In this document: piece by piece, positions 1 through 13,881 of the stretch
Position numbering within the stretch: the first letter of the stretch is position 1
Layout: every line of letters begins with the position of its first letter
DNA from: the human T2T-CHM13v2.0 reference genome, Homo sapiens
Strand: one strand, 5' to 3'
DNA: 64,000 bases
NCBI RefSeq assembly: GCF_009914755.1
Contig: NC_060947.1
Program-made: the position numbers and the translations under genes
Notes under the pieces: generated by a model
Databases searched by the model: none
What the model was told of the DNA's origin: nothing
What the model saw: only the letters and a program-made list of their open reading frames with translations

Positions 1-815
1 TTAAGTAATCAAAGCTACCTTCTTCCACTACCCGCCTCATAATTCCCTTATCTTCTGCCAGCATACAGGCTCGATGGGGCTCTTAAACTGGTGGGAAAAA
101 CAAACTCTTTAGATCAGTGGCATATGAGTATGGTCATATCTATATTATTGGGTTGTCCCATTTCCAATTTGACCAGTACTATGGGGCAAAGAAGTACAGG
201 AGACACCCCAGTGAATACGCTGGGTTCCAAACATACTCTTATTTTTCCCATGTGTAGCAGGAACCCAATTTTCCCCTAGTAAATGGGATTAGTCACTCCA
301 GACAACACACTGACCTGTTGGTTCAATAGCACGGTGTCTCCAAAATGACCAAGTGATATCGCAGCTCCCAATTAATTGGAAACATCCTGACCATGTATCC
401 TGGTGTAAGCAATCCTCTCTTAGCACTTTAGCTCCCTTGGTGACTCCAAACACACCAAGTCCAAGCTTGCAGATACAGGAAGATAACATTCTTTAAGTGA
501 ATTATTGGATATTATACTGAGAAGGGCCACTCCTAATTCCACTCCTTGGTTATCATACCTATACATTCTGGCCATGGGTTGCTTTTAAGCATAAACTGTC
601 CTGCAGGATAACACCCCAAGCTCACAAAGTATTGTCTCTCAGAGGCTGCCATAAATGAGCCTTCAGCAGGCCATTACACATTTTATGAAGACAGCTATTT
701 CTGGATGAAGGAGTACATAGTAAGACAGTGAATTCCATGGGTATGAGCCCACTGCGTTATTATTATTATTATTTTTTGCCATAAAGTGAATTTCTGGTCA
801 AAGAAATGTTGGGTG
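1..815 (-). mobile_element. ERVL-type internal region fragment (integrase C-terminal part, decayed)
   Basis: Minus-strand translation remnants HPEIA..NGLLKAHL..WGVILQD..NQGVELGVA resemble ERVL integrase. Confidence 0.75.
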
Positions 816-1210
816 GGTGTATTAGTGAGGGTTTTCTAGAGAAACTGAACCAACAGGATATGTATACCTAGAGAAGGAAAGGTTTATTTTAAGGAATGGG
901 TTCATGTGATTGTGAAGATACAAGTCCAAAATCTACAGGGTAGGCCAGCAAACTGAACACCCAGGGAATAGTTACGGTCCAAGTTTAATGGCACTCTGCA
1001 GTCAAGAAATTATTGCTTGGGGTAGGATAGTTTTGTTTTATTAAGGCTAATTAAATTTGATTCACTCGTACAATGGAGTGTAATCTGCTGTACTCAAAGT
1101 CCACCAATTTAAATGTTAATCTTATCCAAAAACACATTCACCAGAAACATCCAAAATACTGTTTGACCAACTCTGTGAGCAGCATGGCCCAGCCAATTTG
1201 ATACAAAATT

Positions 1211-4200
1211 GTTTTAATTTTTGTGGGTACCTAATTTTTTTAATTTTTAATTTTTGTAGCTGTTTATATTTATGTGGTACATGAGATATTTTAATACAAA
1301 CATGTAATATATGATAATCAAATCATGGAATATGATGTAACCATCCCCTTCAGAATTTAACCTTTGTGTTACAAACAATCCAATTATATTATTTTAATTA
1401 TTTTAAAATGTACAATTAAATTATTATTGAATATAGTCACCCTCGTGCTATCAAATAGTAGGTCTTATTCATTCTTTCTAACCATTTTTATACCCATTAA
1501 CCATCCCCATTTCCTCTTTCCCACTAATTTCCCCCCGCTACTCTTCCCAGCCTCTGATAACCATTATTTTACTCTCTATCTCTGTGAGTTCAATTGTTTT
1601 AATATTTAGCTTCCACAAATAAATGAGTACATGCAAGGTTTGTCTTTCTGTGCCTGACTTATTTCACTTAACATAATGACCTCCAGTCCCATCCATATTC
1701 TTGCAGATGACAGAATCTCATTCCTTTTTATGGCTGAATAATACTCCATTGTGCATATAAATGTACCACATTTTCTTTATCCATTCATCTGTTGATGGAC
1801 ACTCAGGTTGCTTCCAAATCTTGGCTATTATGAATAGTGCTGTAATAAACATGAGAGTGCAGACATCTCTTTGATATCCTGATTTCCTTTCTTTTGGGTA
1901 TATACCTAGCAGTAGGATTCCTGGATCATATGGTAGCTCTATCTACAGTTTTATGAAGAACTTCCAAACTGTTCTTCATATTGGTTGTACTAATTTACAT
2001 TCCCACCAAGAGTGTACAAAAGTTGTCTTTTCTCCACAACTTCTCCAGCATTTGTTATTGCCTATCTCATGGATAAAAGCCATTTAAACTGGAGTGAGAT
2101 GATCTCTAATTGCAGTTTTGATTTGCATTTCTCTGATGATCAGTGATGCTGAGCACCTTGTCATATGCTTGTTTGCCATTTGTATGCCATCTTTTAAGAA
2201 ATGTCTATTCAGATCTTTTGCCCATTTTTTAATTGGATTATTAGATTTTTTCCTATAGAGTTGTTTCAGCTCTTTATACATTTTGATTATTAATCCCTTG
2301 TCAGATGGGTAGTTTGAAAATATTTTCTCCCTTTCTGTGAGTTGTCTCTTCACTTCATTGATTGTCTGTTTCACTGTGCAGGGGCTTTTTAACTTGATGA
2401 GATCCCATTTCTCCATTTTTGTTTTGGTTGCCTCTGCTTGTGAGGTATTGCTCAAGAAATCTTTACCCAGACCAATGTCCTGGAGGGTTTCCTCAAATTA
2501 ATAGATTCATAGTTCGAGGTCTTAGATGTAAGTCTTTAATCCATTTGGATTTGATTTTTGTATATGGTGAGAGATAGGAATCTAGTTTCAGTCTTCTGCA
2601 TATGGATATCCAGTTTTCCCAGCACCACTTATTGAAGAGACTGTCTTTTCCCCAAAGTATGTTCTTGGAAACTTTGTCAAAAATGAGTTCACTGTAGATG
2701 TGTGACTTTCGTTTTGGGTCCTCTATTTTGTTCCATTGGTCTATGTGTCTGTTTTTAGGTTAGTACCATGCTATTTGGTTACTATAACTCTGTAGTAAAA
2801 TTTGAAGTCAGATAATGTAATTTCTCCAGTTTCGTTCTCTTTGCTCAGGACAGCTTTGGCTATTTTGGGTTTTCTGTAGTTCCATATAAATTTTAGGATT
2901 CCATATAAAATTTAGGAATAAGACCTACTATTTAAGACCTACTATTTGAAGCCAGCACATATCCAAGTTTCACACGAGACCCATAACATTACTCCCTGGG
3001 TATCACTGTTGGTTATTCAGGGCCCAAGGACTCTTTAGTCAGCAGCTGATGAATCTTGCCCAGACTGGGTCCTTCCCTTCAAGGCAGCAGGTTCCCTTCT
3101 GACCCAGGGTGTGTCTAAAAATGTCACCCAGGAGCTGAAGCCTGGGATGGGGGTCTCACGACTCTGTCCAGTGCCATCTTCTACTGTGGCTGAGCGAGTA
3201 TCCAAGATGCAAGACAAAGTTCTCTTTATGCTTCTCTTTCCTCTCCACAGGCAGAAGGAAGGACTCACTTTTGTTGATCTGAGTTGTGTTGCCTGGCACT
3301 GGGAGAGGGGTAATATAAGCACTCGCCCAGCCACACCATCTGGTGTCTCCCTAGGTCACATGCAGACCAAGTCCACTGACTCTAAGCCCAGCACAGCATC
3401 AATGCTTGCTTAAGAATTGCAGTCCTTGTGTCCTAGACTGTCTTTCAAGTTCACTTAGGACCCTGTGATGGTTAATACTGAGTGTCAACTTGATTGGATT
3501 GAAGAATACAAATTATTGATCCTGGGTATGTCTGTGAGGGTGTTGCCAAAGGAGATTAACATTTGAGTCAGTGGGCTGGGAAAGGGAGACACACCCTAAA
3601 CCTGAGTTGGCACAATCTAATCAGCTGCCAGCACAGCTAGAATATAAGCAGACAGAAAAATGTGAAATGAGAGACTTGCCTGGCCTCCCAGCCTACATCT
3701 TTCTCCTGTACTGGATGCTTTCTGCCCTCAAACATCGAACTCCAAGTTTTTCAGTTTTGGAACTCTGACTGGCTCTCCTTGCTTCTCAGCCTGCAGGCAG
3801 ACTATTGTGGGACCTTGTGATTGTGCAAGTTAATACTTAATAAAGTCATATATATATATAAATATATATATATATTCCATTAGTGCTGTTCCTCTAAAGA
3901 TCCCTAATACAAACACCAAAGCACTTTATTCCATGGTGGCAAGGCTTGCCAAGAAACTCATGTTCTGACCACTGGGATGGGCACTTCCCCTCAAGCTAGA
4001 TGTGGTCCAAATGCTCCCTCTGTGGGTGGGCACTAGCTAAGTTCAGCATGGTTTTACTTTATGCTGAGACACAGCAGCACTGATTTCAATCACTGCACTC
4101 TCCCTTCCCCAAGTGCACAGATTATCTCTCCACAGCACACAGCTGCCGCTGGGGGTTGGAAGAGGTGTGGCATCAGTGATTCAAGACTGTCTTTCCTACC

Positions 4201-4372
4201 CTCTTCAGTGCCTCTTTCAACAATATGAAGTTAAAACCAGATACTGTGATTGCTCACCTTATTTTTGGTTCTTATAAAGGTGGTTTTCTGTGTGCAGATA
4301 GTTGTTAAAATTTACTGTTCCTGTGGAGGAGGACGATTCACGGAGGCTACTATTTGGCCATCTTGCTCCATT
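1211..4372 (-). mobile_element. L1MA/L1PB-age LINE-1 with both termini and a large internal deletion
   Basis: 3'UTR and ORF2 C-terminus at 1211-2898 (ORF 2084..2455); 5'UTR at 2950-4372 with YY1 motif CAAGATGGCC (4356-4365); degenerate TSD TTGATACAAAA/TTGACACATAAA. Confidence 0.85.
3464..3911 (+). mobile_element. MLT2A-like (HERV-L) solo LTR inserted in L1 5'UTR
   Basis: TGTGATGGTTAATACTGAGTGTCAACTTGATTGG start, internal (TA)n, CTAATACA end. Confidence 0.88.
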
Positions 4373-4398
4373 CTTGACACATAAAGTTTACCATCACA

Positions 4399-5200
4399 AT
4401 TGTTTACTCTTGCATAGACTAATCATTCTCTAAATCTATGAATTATGGTGACTGGGAAGAAGCCCTGTAAACGTTAAGGACAAATCTCTATCAGAATATG
4501 TCTATCCGTGTGAGGACCAAGTACTGTCCCTTTCATAATGAAAAAAGTCTGATGTTATCAACCTGCCACCAGGTAGCTAGCTGGTCCTCCCAGGGAATAG
4601 TGCCATATCAGGAGCTCAACATTGGCTTATGCTGTTTGGAGAATGGACACCCAGTAGTAATCAGAATCAACCTTAATGAGTTTTATGCTGCTGGGCACAG
4701 ACTTAACGTCTATCCATGCATGCATGTCTGTTCTGTTCATGGGTCTATTATACAAGCAGTGGAGTGGCAGAAGAGAGGGTCTAGCTGACTTCCACAGGCT
4801 GGGTCATCTTTCTCACCTGATCATTGAGAACCTCCTCTGGACTAACTGGCCTCTGGTGAGCATTTATGTAAGGCATAACTATCTTCACACTCTGCCCATT
4901 CCAAGAAGTCCATCTACATATCTTTCCCCCTAGATCTCCTGCCATCAATTGTCGAATTATGTTATTTCCAAGTCCCTGACCAGCAAATACATACCTCAGG
5001 CCATCTCTTCTTCCACATGAAATGGACAACTGGATGCTCCTGAAGTTCACCTCACTGGAAGGAAATTCTTTCTCCACTGTCTTTCAGAGCCATCCAGAGG
5101 GGCTTGTAGTGCAAAGGCCATCCACTTCTAACTAGTGATGGCCTACTGTGCAGATGCATGCCTAAATCAGCCATACATGTCTCCTTTCTCCCTTAACTGC
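4399..5200 (-). mobile_element. ERVL-type pol fragment (RNase H / integrase N-terminus)
   Basis: ORF 4781..5077 contains VKIVMPYINAHQR..NDQVRKMT; remnant YGTIPWEDQLATWWQVDNI. Confidence 0.8.
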
Positions 5201-5434
5201 TGTCTTAGTCCATTTTGTGCTGCAATAACACAGACTGGGTAATTTATAAAGAACAGAAATATATTCTCTCACAGTTCTGGAGGCTGAGAAGTTCAATATC
5301 AAGACACCAGCAGGTTAGAGCCTGTTCTCTCTGCTTCCAAGATGTCAACTTGAATGCTGCATCCTCTAGAGGGGAGAAACACCATGTCTTCACCTGGCAG
5401 AAAAGCAGGGGAAAGCACCTGCTGTCATAAGCCC

Positions 5435-5722
5435 TTTTTTTGAGATGAGGTCTCACTCTGTCTCCCAGGCTGGAGTGCAGTGGTACTATCTTGGCTCACT
5501 GCAGCGTCTACCTTCCGTACTCAAGCAATCCTCTGACCTCTGCCTCTATAGTAGCTGGGACTACCAGGACATGCCACCACACCCAGTTAATTTTTGTGTA
5601 TTTTTGTGGAGACAGAGTTTTGCCATGTTGTCCAAGCTGGTCTCAAACTCCTGGGCTCAAGCAATCCACCTCCCTTGGCCTCCCACAGTGTGGAATTACA
5701 GGCGTGAGCCACCGCACTGGCC
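5435..5722 (-). mobile_element. Alu (AluJ-like)
   Basis: Dimeric Alu inside the MST LTR. Confidence 0.9.
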
Positions 5723-5894
5723 TCATCAACCCTTTTTACAGGAGCGTTAATTCATTCATGTGGGTGGAGCCTAAACACATCCTATTGGGCCTAAAGACAT
5801 CCTAAACACATCCTATTGGGCCACACTTCCACACACTGCTGCATTGGGGATTACATTTCTAACACATGAGTTTTAGAGAGGACAAAAACATTCA

Positions 5895-6022
5895 GGCCAG
5901 ATGCAGTGGTACTTGCCTGTAATCCCAGCTAGTTAGGATGCTGAGGTGGGAAGATCGCTTGAGCTCAGGAGTTTAAGTGTAGCTTGGGCAACATGGTGAA
6001 ACACTCCATCTCTAAAAAAAAA
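5895..6022 (+). mobile_element. Alu monomer (FLAM-like)
   Basis: GGCCAGATGCAGTGG...CCATCTCTAAAAAAA. Confidence 0.85.
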
Positions 6023-6572
6023 TTCCAACCATAGTATTCTACCCCTGTCCCTTTAAAATTCATATCCTTCTTATATACAAATAAATTAATTCCATCTCAA
6101 TAGCCCCAAAGGTCTTAACTTGTTCTAACATCAACCCAAAAGTCTACAATTCAGAGTCTCAACTAAATCAGATATGAGTGAGACTCAAAGCACAATTCAC
6201 TCCGAGGCAAATTTCCCTCCAGCTGTGAGCTTGTTAAATCAAACAAGTTATGTGCTTCCAAAATACAATGGTAGGATAGGCATAGGATAGACACTCACAT
6301 TCCAAAAGGGAGCAGAAGGAAAGAAAGAAGGAGCAAAAGGTCCCAGGTAAGTTCAAAACCCCATAGGGCAAACAACATTAGATCTTAAGGTTTGTTTATT
6401 TGACTCCATGTCCTACCATCCAGACACACTAATGTGGGCAATGGACCCTCAATGCTCCTTAGTGTCCCCACCCCCACAGTTTTGCTAGGTGCAGCCTGCA
6501 TTACTCTCATTGGTTAAAGTCAGGTGCCTGCAGTTTTCCCAGGCTGGTGTTATACACTGGTAGCTCTACAGT

Positions 6573-7176
6573 TGTCATCTTACTGAACCTGGGTCTGCTT
6601 GCTCAGTGCACAACAAAGCCAAACACTGATACTGGGATTTGCAGCAAGAGAAAGTAAGGCATTTATTGCAGGGGGCCAAGCAAGGAAAACAGGCAAGTAA
6701 TGCTTAAGACCTGAACTCCCTGACGGCTTACAGTCAAGGGTTTTTAAGGCAGGGATAGAGGAATTTCCAAAATGAGTTAAGGGGTGAGGAATCTCTAGAA
6801 CTTCCTTATACATTTTCTCATTTCAGTTTGTCTGACGTCTATATGACAGTGGTTGGCATTTCCATCTGGTGGAGTCCGTGGCTTCTGAAAAACAACTCAA
6901 GGACATATGTCAATACATTCTCTCTAGTTTCTATAGGGAATGAAACATCTTGTGACTCTGACTTACTTGGGTGACTATTGTTTATGCTATTATTACCTTC
7001 TTACTTAGCAGGTTATTCACTTACTTCCCTAATTGCTGGTTACAGTGCTAGCTAGGTGCCTGGTATTTCCCTTGAAGGGACTCAAATCTTTCTTTATTTC
7101 CATGCCTTTAAGGCAGTCAGCGGTGGGGTTGGGGGGCACCCAGCAGGCCCCTAAAAGGGGTGCCTGCTCTGTCTCA
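6573..7176 (-). mobile_element. ERV1-class solo LTR (MER31-like) inside MST internal region
   Basis: TG...CA termini with exact 4-bp TSD CAGT (6569-6572 / 7177-7180); minus-strand AATAAA near 6662. Confidence 0.75.
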
Positions 7177-8734
7177 CAGTTATGGAGTCTCAGAGGCAGC
7201 TTTGACCCCACAACTCCACTAAGTAGTGCCCTAGTGGGTATTCTCTGTGGTGGTTCTGCCAGCCACTGTGGTCTTTACAGTGGTCCCAAGGCTGTTTGAG
7301 ACATTCTTTGAAATCTGGGTGGAAGAGGCCATGTCTCCAAGTTGCTGCATTTTGTGTGCCTGCAGAATTAGCACCACGTGGACACTGGTGAAGTTCACTG
7401 CTTGCACCTTCCCCAGTGACAGCCTGAGCCGCTTTTGGGCCCACCTGAGCCACATCTGGGGTGGCTGATGAGTGCTGTGCCAGAATGTTGGAGCAAAATC
7501 ATGAGGGCGTCCTGAACAGCAAGCAGCAAAGTCTCCCAGGCACCTTGGGCCTCTCTCTCAAAACAATTCTCCCCTCAAGGCCCTGGCATTCTAGGCCTGT
7601 AATGGACATAGCATCCGCCAAGATCTCTGAAATGCCTTTGGGGTCATTCTCCCATTGTCTTGATGAATATCATCTGGATTCATTCTATCCATACTAACCT
7701 TATCAAACAGTAGCTTGGCAACACTCTTGGTTTTCTCTTCTAAACACACTTTTTTATTGTTTACAAAGTCAGGCTGAAAACTTTTCAAATCTTTATGTTC
7801 TACTTCCATTTTAATTAAAAATTTCATCTTTAAATTGTTTCTCTGTACTCGCTTCTTACTATAAACAATTACAAGAAGCCATGCAGCAGCTTCAACATTT
7901 TCCTGCTTAAAGATTTCTTTTGCCAGATATCCTAGTTCATCACTCTTAAATCCTGCTTTCCACAAAGCCCTCAGACATGGATACAATTCATCCAAATTTT
8001 TTGCCACTTTATAATAAGAATGACCCTTCCTCTAGTTCCCAGTAAGATAATCCTCATTTCTTTCAAAGACCTCATCAGAATGGCCTTTACTGCCCATATT
8101 TCTATCAATATTCAGTTCACAACAACTTAGATAATCTCTAAGACTGAGTTTCCCTCTATAGCTCTCTTCTTCTTCTGAGCCGTCACCAGGGTCACCCTTA
8201 ATGCTTCCTTCATAGCAATATAGGCTTTTCCCAGAATTCACTTCAAAACTTTTCCTCTTCTACCCATTACCGAGTTCCAAAGCCACTTTCACATCTTTAG
8301 GTATTTGTTATAGCAACACTCTACTTCCCTGGTGCCAATTTCTGTCTCAGTCTGTTTTGTGCTGTTATAACAGAATACCACAGACTGGGTAATTTATAAA
8401 GAGCAGAAATTTATTCTCTCACAGTCCTGGGCACAGAGAAGTCCAAGATCAAGGTGCCAGCAGGTTTGAGCCTGTTCCATCTGCCTCCAAGATGGCAACT
8501 TAAATGCTGCATCCTCTGGAAGGTAGGAACATTACGTCCTGACCTAGCAGAAAAGCAGGAGAGAGAACTCACTCCCAGCAGCCCTTTTTATAGCAGCATT
8601 AATTCATTCACAAAGTCAGAACCCTCATAACCTAAACACCTTCAATTAGATCCTACCTCTCAATACTGTTACAGTAGGAATTAAGTTTCCAACACATGCG
8701 TTTTGGAGGAAACAAAAACATTTAAACCACAGCA

Positions 8735-10818
8735 ATTGTTCATAGGGAAATTTCCATGAGGCCATAGGAGTATGTTTCAGGAGAAATTGGTAAAGTACCA
8801 GGAGCAAGTACCATAGGAGTCTTGAATAACCTGCTCAAGTGGATGCCTTTCAGACCTGCTTGTGCCCAGTCTTGTATATATCACTTCAATTTTATAGCAG
8901 GACACTGATGAATATATTCATTTGATGATTCAGTTAATCAGTTAACACACCCGGTTTATAAGGAGAAGTTCAGGTCATATAGTTTCCTTATGTCACGTAG
9001 TCAGGAATTCAGTTCCTGCCAGGGTCTAATAGCAAGCTAGGAGCTGACTTTCAAACAGAGAATTGTTGTCAGTCAAGGAGAGCATGGACTTACTCCAAGC
9101 ATTTGGTCTGCAATGTGATATTTTTATTGGAGATTTCCAGAGACATCATTCAGAAACTTTGTCTTCTGTAGACTCGTCCTTATTATTATTCTTCTAGTCA
9201 TAAGGTCAAAGTGGCAGCACAGCTTGCCCCACTGTTGGGACCCTTTTCTGCACTGGGCCTTTCTTTAGTACCTAATTAAACATGCTCAAATATAGTGCAT
9301 ATTGCCTTCAAAATCTGAAAAGGCCCACCAAACATTAAGCCTTTTTCTTTACGGTGAGCCGTGTAAAGTGCAGCAACTTTCCTTTTAGAAGGATATCTCA
9401 AGATGCTTGAAACGGGACCCCTAGAAACTTCATCTACATGGGAGGATCTTGAACTATGTCCCACCATATATATGAACATATCTTACTAAGGTATCTAGTT
9501 TTATTTCTACTTCCTGATCATCAAATCTGATTAGCATAATATTGTCAATTTAATAGAACAATAATGATCTGTGAGATATCAAGATGGACAAGATCCCTCT
9601 CAACTATATTATGATAAAGAATAGGAAAATTAGAATAGATCTGGAAACAATACAGTCATCCCTACTTCTGATTTTCATTACTGAGAGGAATGGGAATAGG
9701 AAGCAATTTCCAAGTCAACAGCTGTATACAACAGGCCAGAATCTGTGTTGATTTGCCTTAGTAAAAATACCACATCCAGAACTGGAGCTGTGGTTGGCAT
9801 CATCACCAGAATAAGTCCGTAACAATTTGCTGTCATTATCCACAACCTATCTCACTTTTGTACCAGTTAATTAGATGAGTTAAATGGAGATGAGGTAGAA
9901 GTTATCACCCCTGCATCTCTCTAGTCTTATCTCTGCAGTTCCTCCAGAGATATGGTATTGCTTTTGGTTTATTGTCTTTGAGTGGGATGAAGGGAATTTC
10001 CAAGGGCTTTTACTTGGCCACTGCCCACCGTAAGAGACCTCATCCTTCAGGTGGGGACAAGGTAGAGATTCTGCCAGTTACTAAGTATATATGTTCATAC
10101 TATACGTTTAATGTCTATAGAAATAACCACTGAATGGATCCCTTGTTCCAATGGATCAGAGCCAGTACATAATAGATAATTTTAAAATTCTGGTATGTTT
10201 CTTTCCCCACTGCACAGTCCCCTTAGTACATGGCTGAAGGCCACTTTGGGAAAAGCTTAGGGTAAGATTGACAGTATATACATATGGCCATATTATAGGG
10301 TGCTTCTTCAAAAGGATGCAACCACCTCTCCATTTAAGAAGCTCCAAGTCTATTAACAAGCTTAAGTCTAAGAACTAGGCAAGAGGCTGTGAATTGCCAT
10401 TGTTTTGATTCAAGTTAGATTTTTGTCCAACAGACCTAAAATTTTTCCACATGTATCAAACAAGCAGCATTTTAATAGGCTGCCCATATATTTCACTTTG
10501 AGGGATCTGTTACCAATTAGCTACCACAGTTCTCTCCATTCCAGAATATTCGAGTTGCCATTATGCCACTGTGGCTTACTGTGATAATTGTATTCCCTTA
10601 TTTCTAATGGTTAGGTGTCACCATCTGTGTTCTATAATTCCAAAAATCCATTATTCCCAAAATGATCAGAGAATCCAGTTCCACTACATCATGGACTCCT
10701 TCTACAGTGCATTCAGGATGTTCAAATATTTTTGCCTTATTAACTAGGCCATGATTGATATACTGAGATTAAGCTTTGATTAGTCATCCTGGTGGACCAC
10801 TAATGACAATCCCAAGTG
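8735..10818 (-). mobile_element. ERVL-type internal fragment (RT/protease region, decayed)
   Basis: Minus-strand remnants Y*IDNIMLI (YIDD motif, ~9530-9560) and CLVGLFRF*RQY. Confidence 0.7.
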
Positions 10819-11739
10819 CAGTCATGCATCACATAATGACAGGGATATGTTCTGAAAAATGCATTATCAGACAATTTCATCATTGTGCAAGCATCATAGA
10901 GTGTACGTACTCAAACCTAGATGTATAGCCTACTACGCACCTGGGGTACATGGGATAGCATACTGTTTAGGCTACACGCTTGTCCTGCATATTACAGTAC
11001 TGATTCCTATAGGCAACTGTAACACATAATAGTAAGTATTTTTGTATCAAAACATATCTAAACCTAGAAAAGCATCAGCAAAAGTGCAATATAAAATATA
11101 AAATATGGTAAACCTGTATAGGGCACTTATCATGACTGGAGTTTGCAGGAAAGGAAGTTGTTCTGGGTGAGTCAGTGAGTGAATGTTGAGTGAATGTGAC
11201 AGCCTAAGACATTACTGTATACTACTGTAGACTTTATAAACACTGTACACTTAGGCTACACTAAATTTGTAAAAAAAAATAAATAAATAAGGTAACTACA
11301 TTATGATGTTACAATGGCTATAACATCACTGGGCGATAGGAATTTTTGGTTCCATTATAATTTTTATTTAATTTTTTTTTAGAGTCTCACACTATCACCC
11401 AGGCTAGAGTGCAGTTGTGTGATCACAGCTCACTGCAGCCTCGACCTCCTGGGCTCAATTGATACTTCCACCTCATTCTCCTGAGTAGCCAGGACTACAG
11501 ACACACACTACCATGACGGGATAATTTTTTTTTAATTTTTTGTAGAGAATGGGGTCCCAGTATATTGCCCAGGCTGGTCTTGAACTCCTGAGCTCAAGTG
11601 ATCCTCCTGCCTCAGCCTCCAAAAGTGCTGGGATTACAGGTGAGAGCCACCATGCCTGGCTTCCATTATAATCTTATAGAACCACCACCATATATGAGGT
11701 TTGTCATTGCCCAAAACATCATGATGCAGAGCATGACTG
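10819..11739. mobile_element. Tigger3/MER7-type non-autonomous DNA transposon
   Basis: TIRs CAGTCATGC / GCATGACTG with TA at the right end; interrupted by an Alu. Confidence 0.85.
11362..11660 (-). mobile_element. Alu (AluJ-like)
   Basis: TSD TTCCATTATAAT at 11350 and 11661. Confidence 0.92.
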
Positions 11740-12319
11740 TACTTGAGTACTATCATATTCAATCCTGAATCTTGGGAGAGTGAACCTCTGTCAATATATC
11801 TTACATTTCCTCCCCTTGATCTAACATTTATAATGTGATAAATACATGAGTAAGCTAAAATAGTGACTATGTGAAACAATATCTAATTCATGGGATCAAA
11901 AATATAGTAAAAAATGCTGGACAATGAATACATATAAGTCAGAGTGGAATGATCAGAATTAAAATGTTCTATGGTCCTTGTATTGTTTGGGAGGGTGGCA
12001 AATATAATGATTTAATTTAAACATTATTAAATATGCAGCACATTTCTAAAATAGAAAAAGAGAATATAACTAAAATAATGGAAACAGAGCATATAACTTT
12101 CAAGTCAAAAAGGAAAAAAATTGTTGGGGATAAACAGACACATCCATAAAAATATCAATCTGAAAGGAAGCAAAAAATGAGGTGAAGAAAGAGAAACAAA
12201 AGAACGACAATGAAAAAGATAAAAATGAATGTTAAATGTATAAATAAATCCAAATATATCACTAACCATAATGAATATAATAGACTAACCTCTTCATTTA
12301 AAATCATAGACTGGACGGG

Positions 12320-13510
12320 AAAAAAGACTTCTACTTCTAACTACAAATGAGTAGCATTTATCTGACTAAGTCTCCCTCTGAAAATAATTATAAAAATTAT
12401 ACAAAATACATTTTTAAACAAAGTCTTTAGAGATACTGAAGAACAACCAACACAGGCAAGACATGATATGTTACTTTCCTTGAAAGGAGAAATGCACATG
12501 AGGAGACCTTCACATTCATCCAGGCATTCACCAAAGGATATTTTTCTGATTTGAGAAAGCGTGAGTATTTCTGGGATGAGGAGACAGAGGCAAGATCTCA
12601 GGCTACTAAATTGAGTTAGGGTTGAAGGTTGAGGGACAAAATCATAGAAAGAAGGGAATCACAGAGAAATTGATCTCCAAATCTGCATACAAATCTTTCT
12701 CATATCGTTAGGAGACTCCAAAGCTACACATGTCCACAAGACTCCAACAAACCAGTTCTATCTTAGAGCCAACTCACAACAGCTCATTAAAGGTGATTGC
12801 ACACATCTCTTCCCAACTTCTCATTCAATGATGTTACATTGGTATCTTGAAATTGTTTATGATGGGAGTACTTACACCATGAAAATCAGCAAATACCGTA
12901 AGTCATGGCTTTTTCTACCTCCTTAAAGAGGTGGCTTACCAGAAGACCTCTCAGTAGAAAATAGCAACTGAGAGGCCAAAAATGATAAGCTAATCTCCAC
13001 AGCTCTGTAACAGCGGGAAGAAAGAAGTAAACATTCATGTCTTACCAAAGTGGAAGAAGGAGACATGATAACCACTCCTGGATTTCTGCTGAAACAAAGA
13101 GAGGCCACATTCTAGGAGTAAAGGTTATAAGCCTAAAAGTAAAAGTAAAACTGAAATACAACAATCTCAACAAAGCCTAAAACTAGCTGGTGATCCATCA
13201 GTAATTCTATCTGCCTCCAGAAGAAAATTTAACACTATTTCGAGGATAACAATATCATCTAGATTTCTAAAATGTCAACAACTTTTTATACACAATATCT
13301 ATTTGTCTATTCAATAATCACAAATTATGCTGAAAAATAGAACCAAATATGAAAAGAAAAAAACCTAGAAACAGACCCAAATGTATTTCAGATTTTAGAG
13401 TTAGCTGAAAAAAACTTTTAAATAATATGATTAATACATTCAAGAAAATAGAAAGAAAGATGGAAATTTTCACCAGACGTCTGGAATCTATAAGAAAGAT
13501 CAAATGGACT
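12320..13510 (+). mobile_element. Old L1M 5'/ORF1 segment (continues at 19625-20640 and 31240-36120)
   Basis: A-rich decayed ORF1-like sequence that reads on colinearly after the nested insertions. Confidence 0.6.
12752..12950. mobile_element. MER63-like hAT DNA transposon fragment
   Basis: CACATCTCTTCCCAAC...GGGAGTACTTACACCATGAAAATCAGCAAA resembles recalled MER63 consensus. Confidence 0.6.
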
Positions 13511-13517
13511 TCAACTA

Positions 13518-13881
<364 letters not shown>

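Larger units (their letters stand above)
818..4398 (-). mobile_element. MLT2(C/D-like) solo LTR split by an L1 insertion (818-1210 and 4374-4398)
   Basis: Begins TGTATTAGTGAGGGTTTTCTAGAGAAAC; the terminal TTGACACATAAAGTTTACCATCACA resumes after the L1. Confidence 0.8.
5201..8734 (-). mobile_element. Full MaLR (MST-family) element: LTRs 5201-6036 and 8343-8734 with internal region
   Basis: Two homologous LTRs; degenerate 5-bp TSD ACTGC/ATTGT; MaLR internal ORF remnants 7591..8007 (ELGYLAKEI..AAAWLL) and 8032..8241. Confidence 0.88.

Noticed and set aside
7591-8241. Domesticated gag-like gene
   Set aside because: Fragmented MaLR internal ORF remnants with no evidence of an intact frame.
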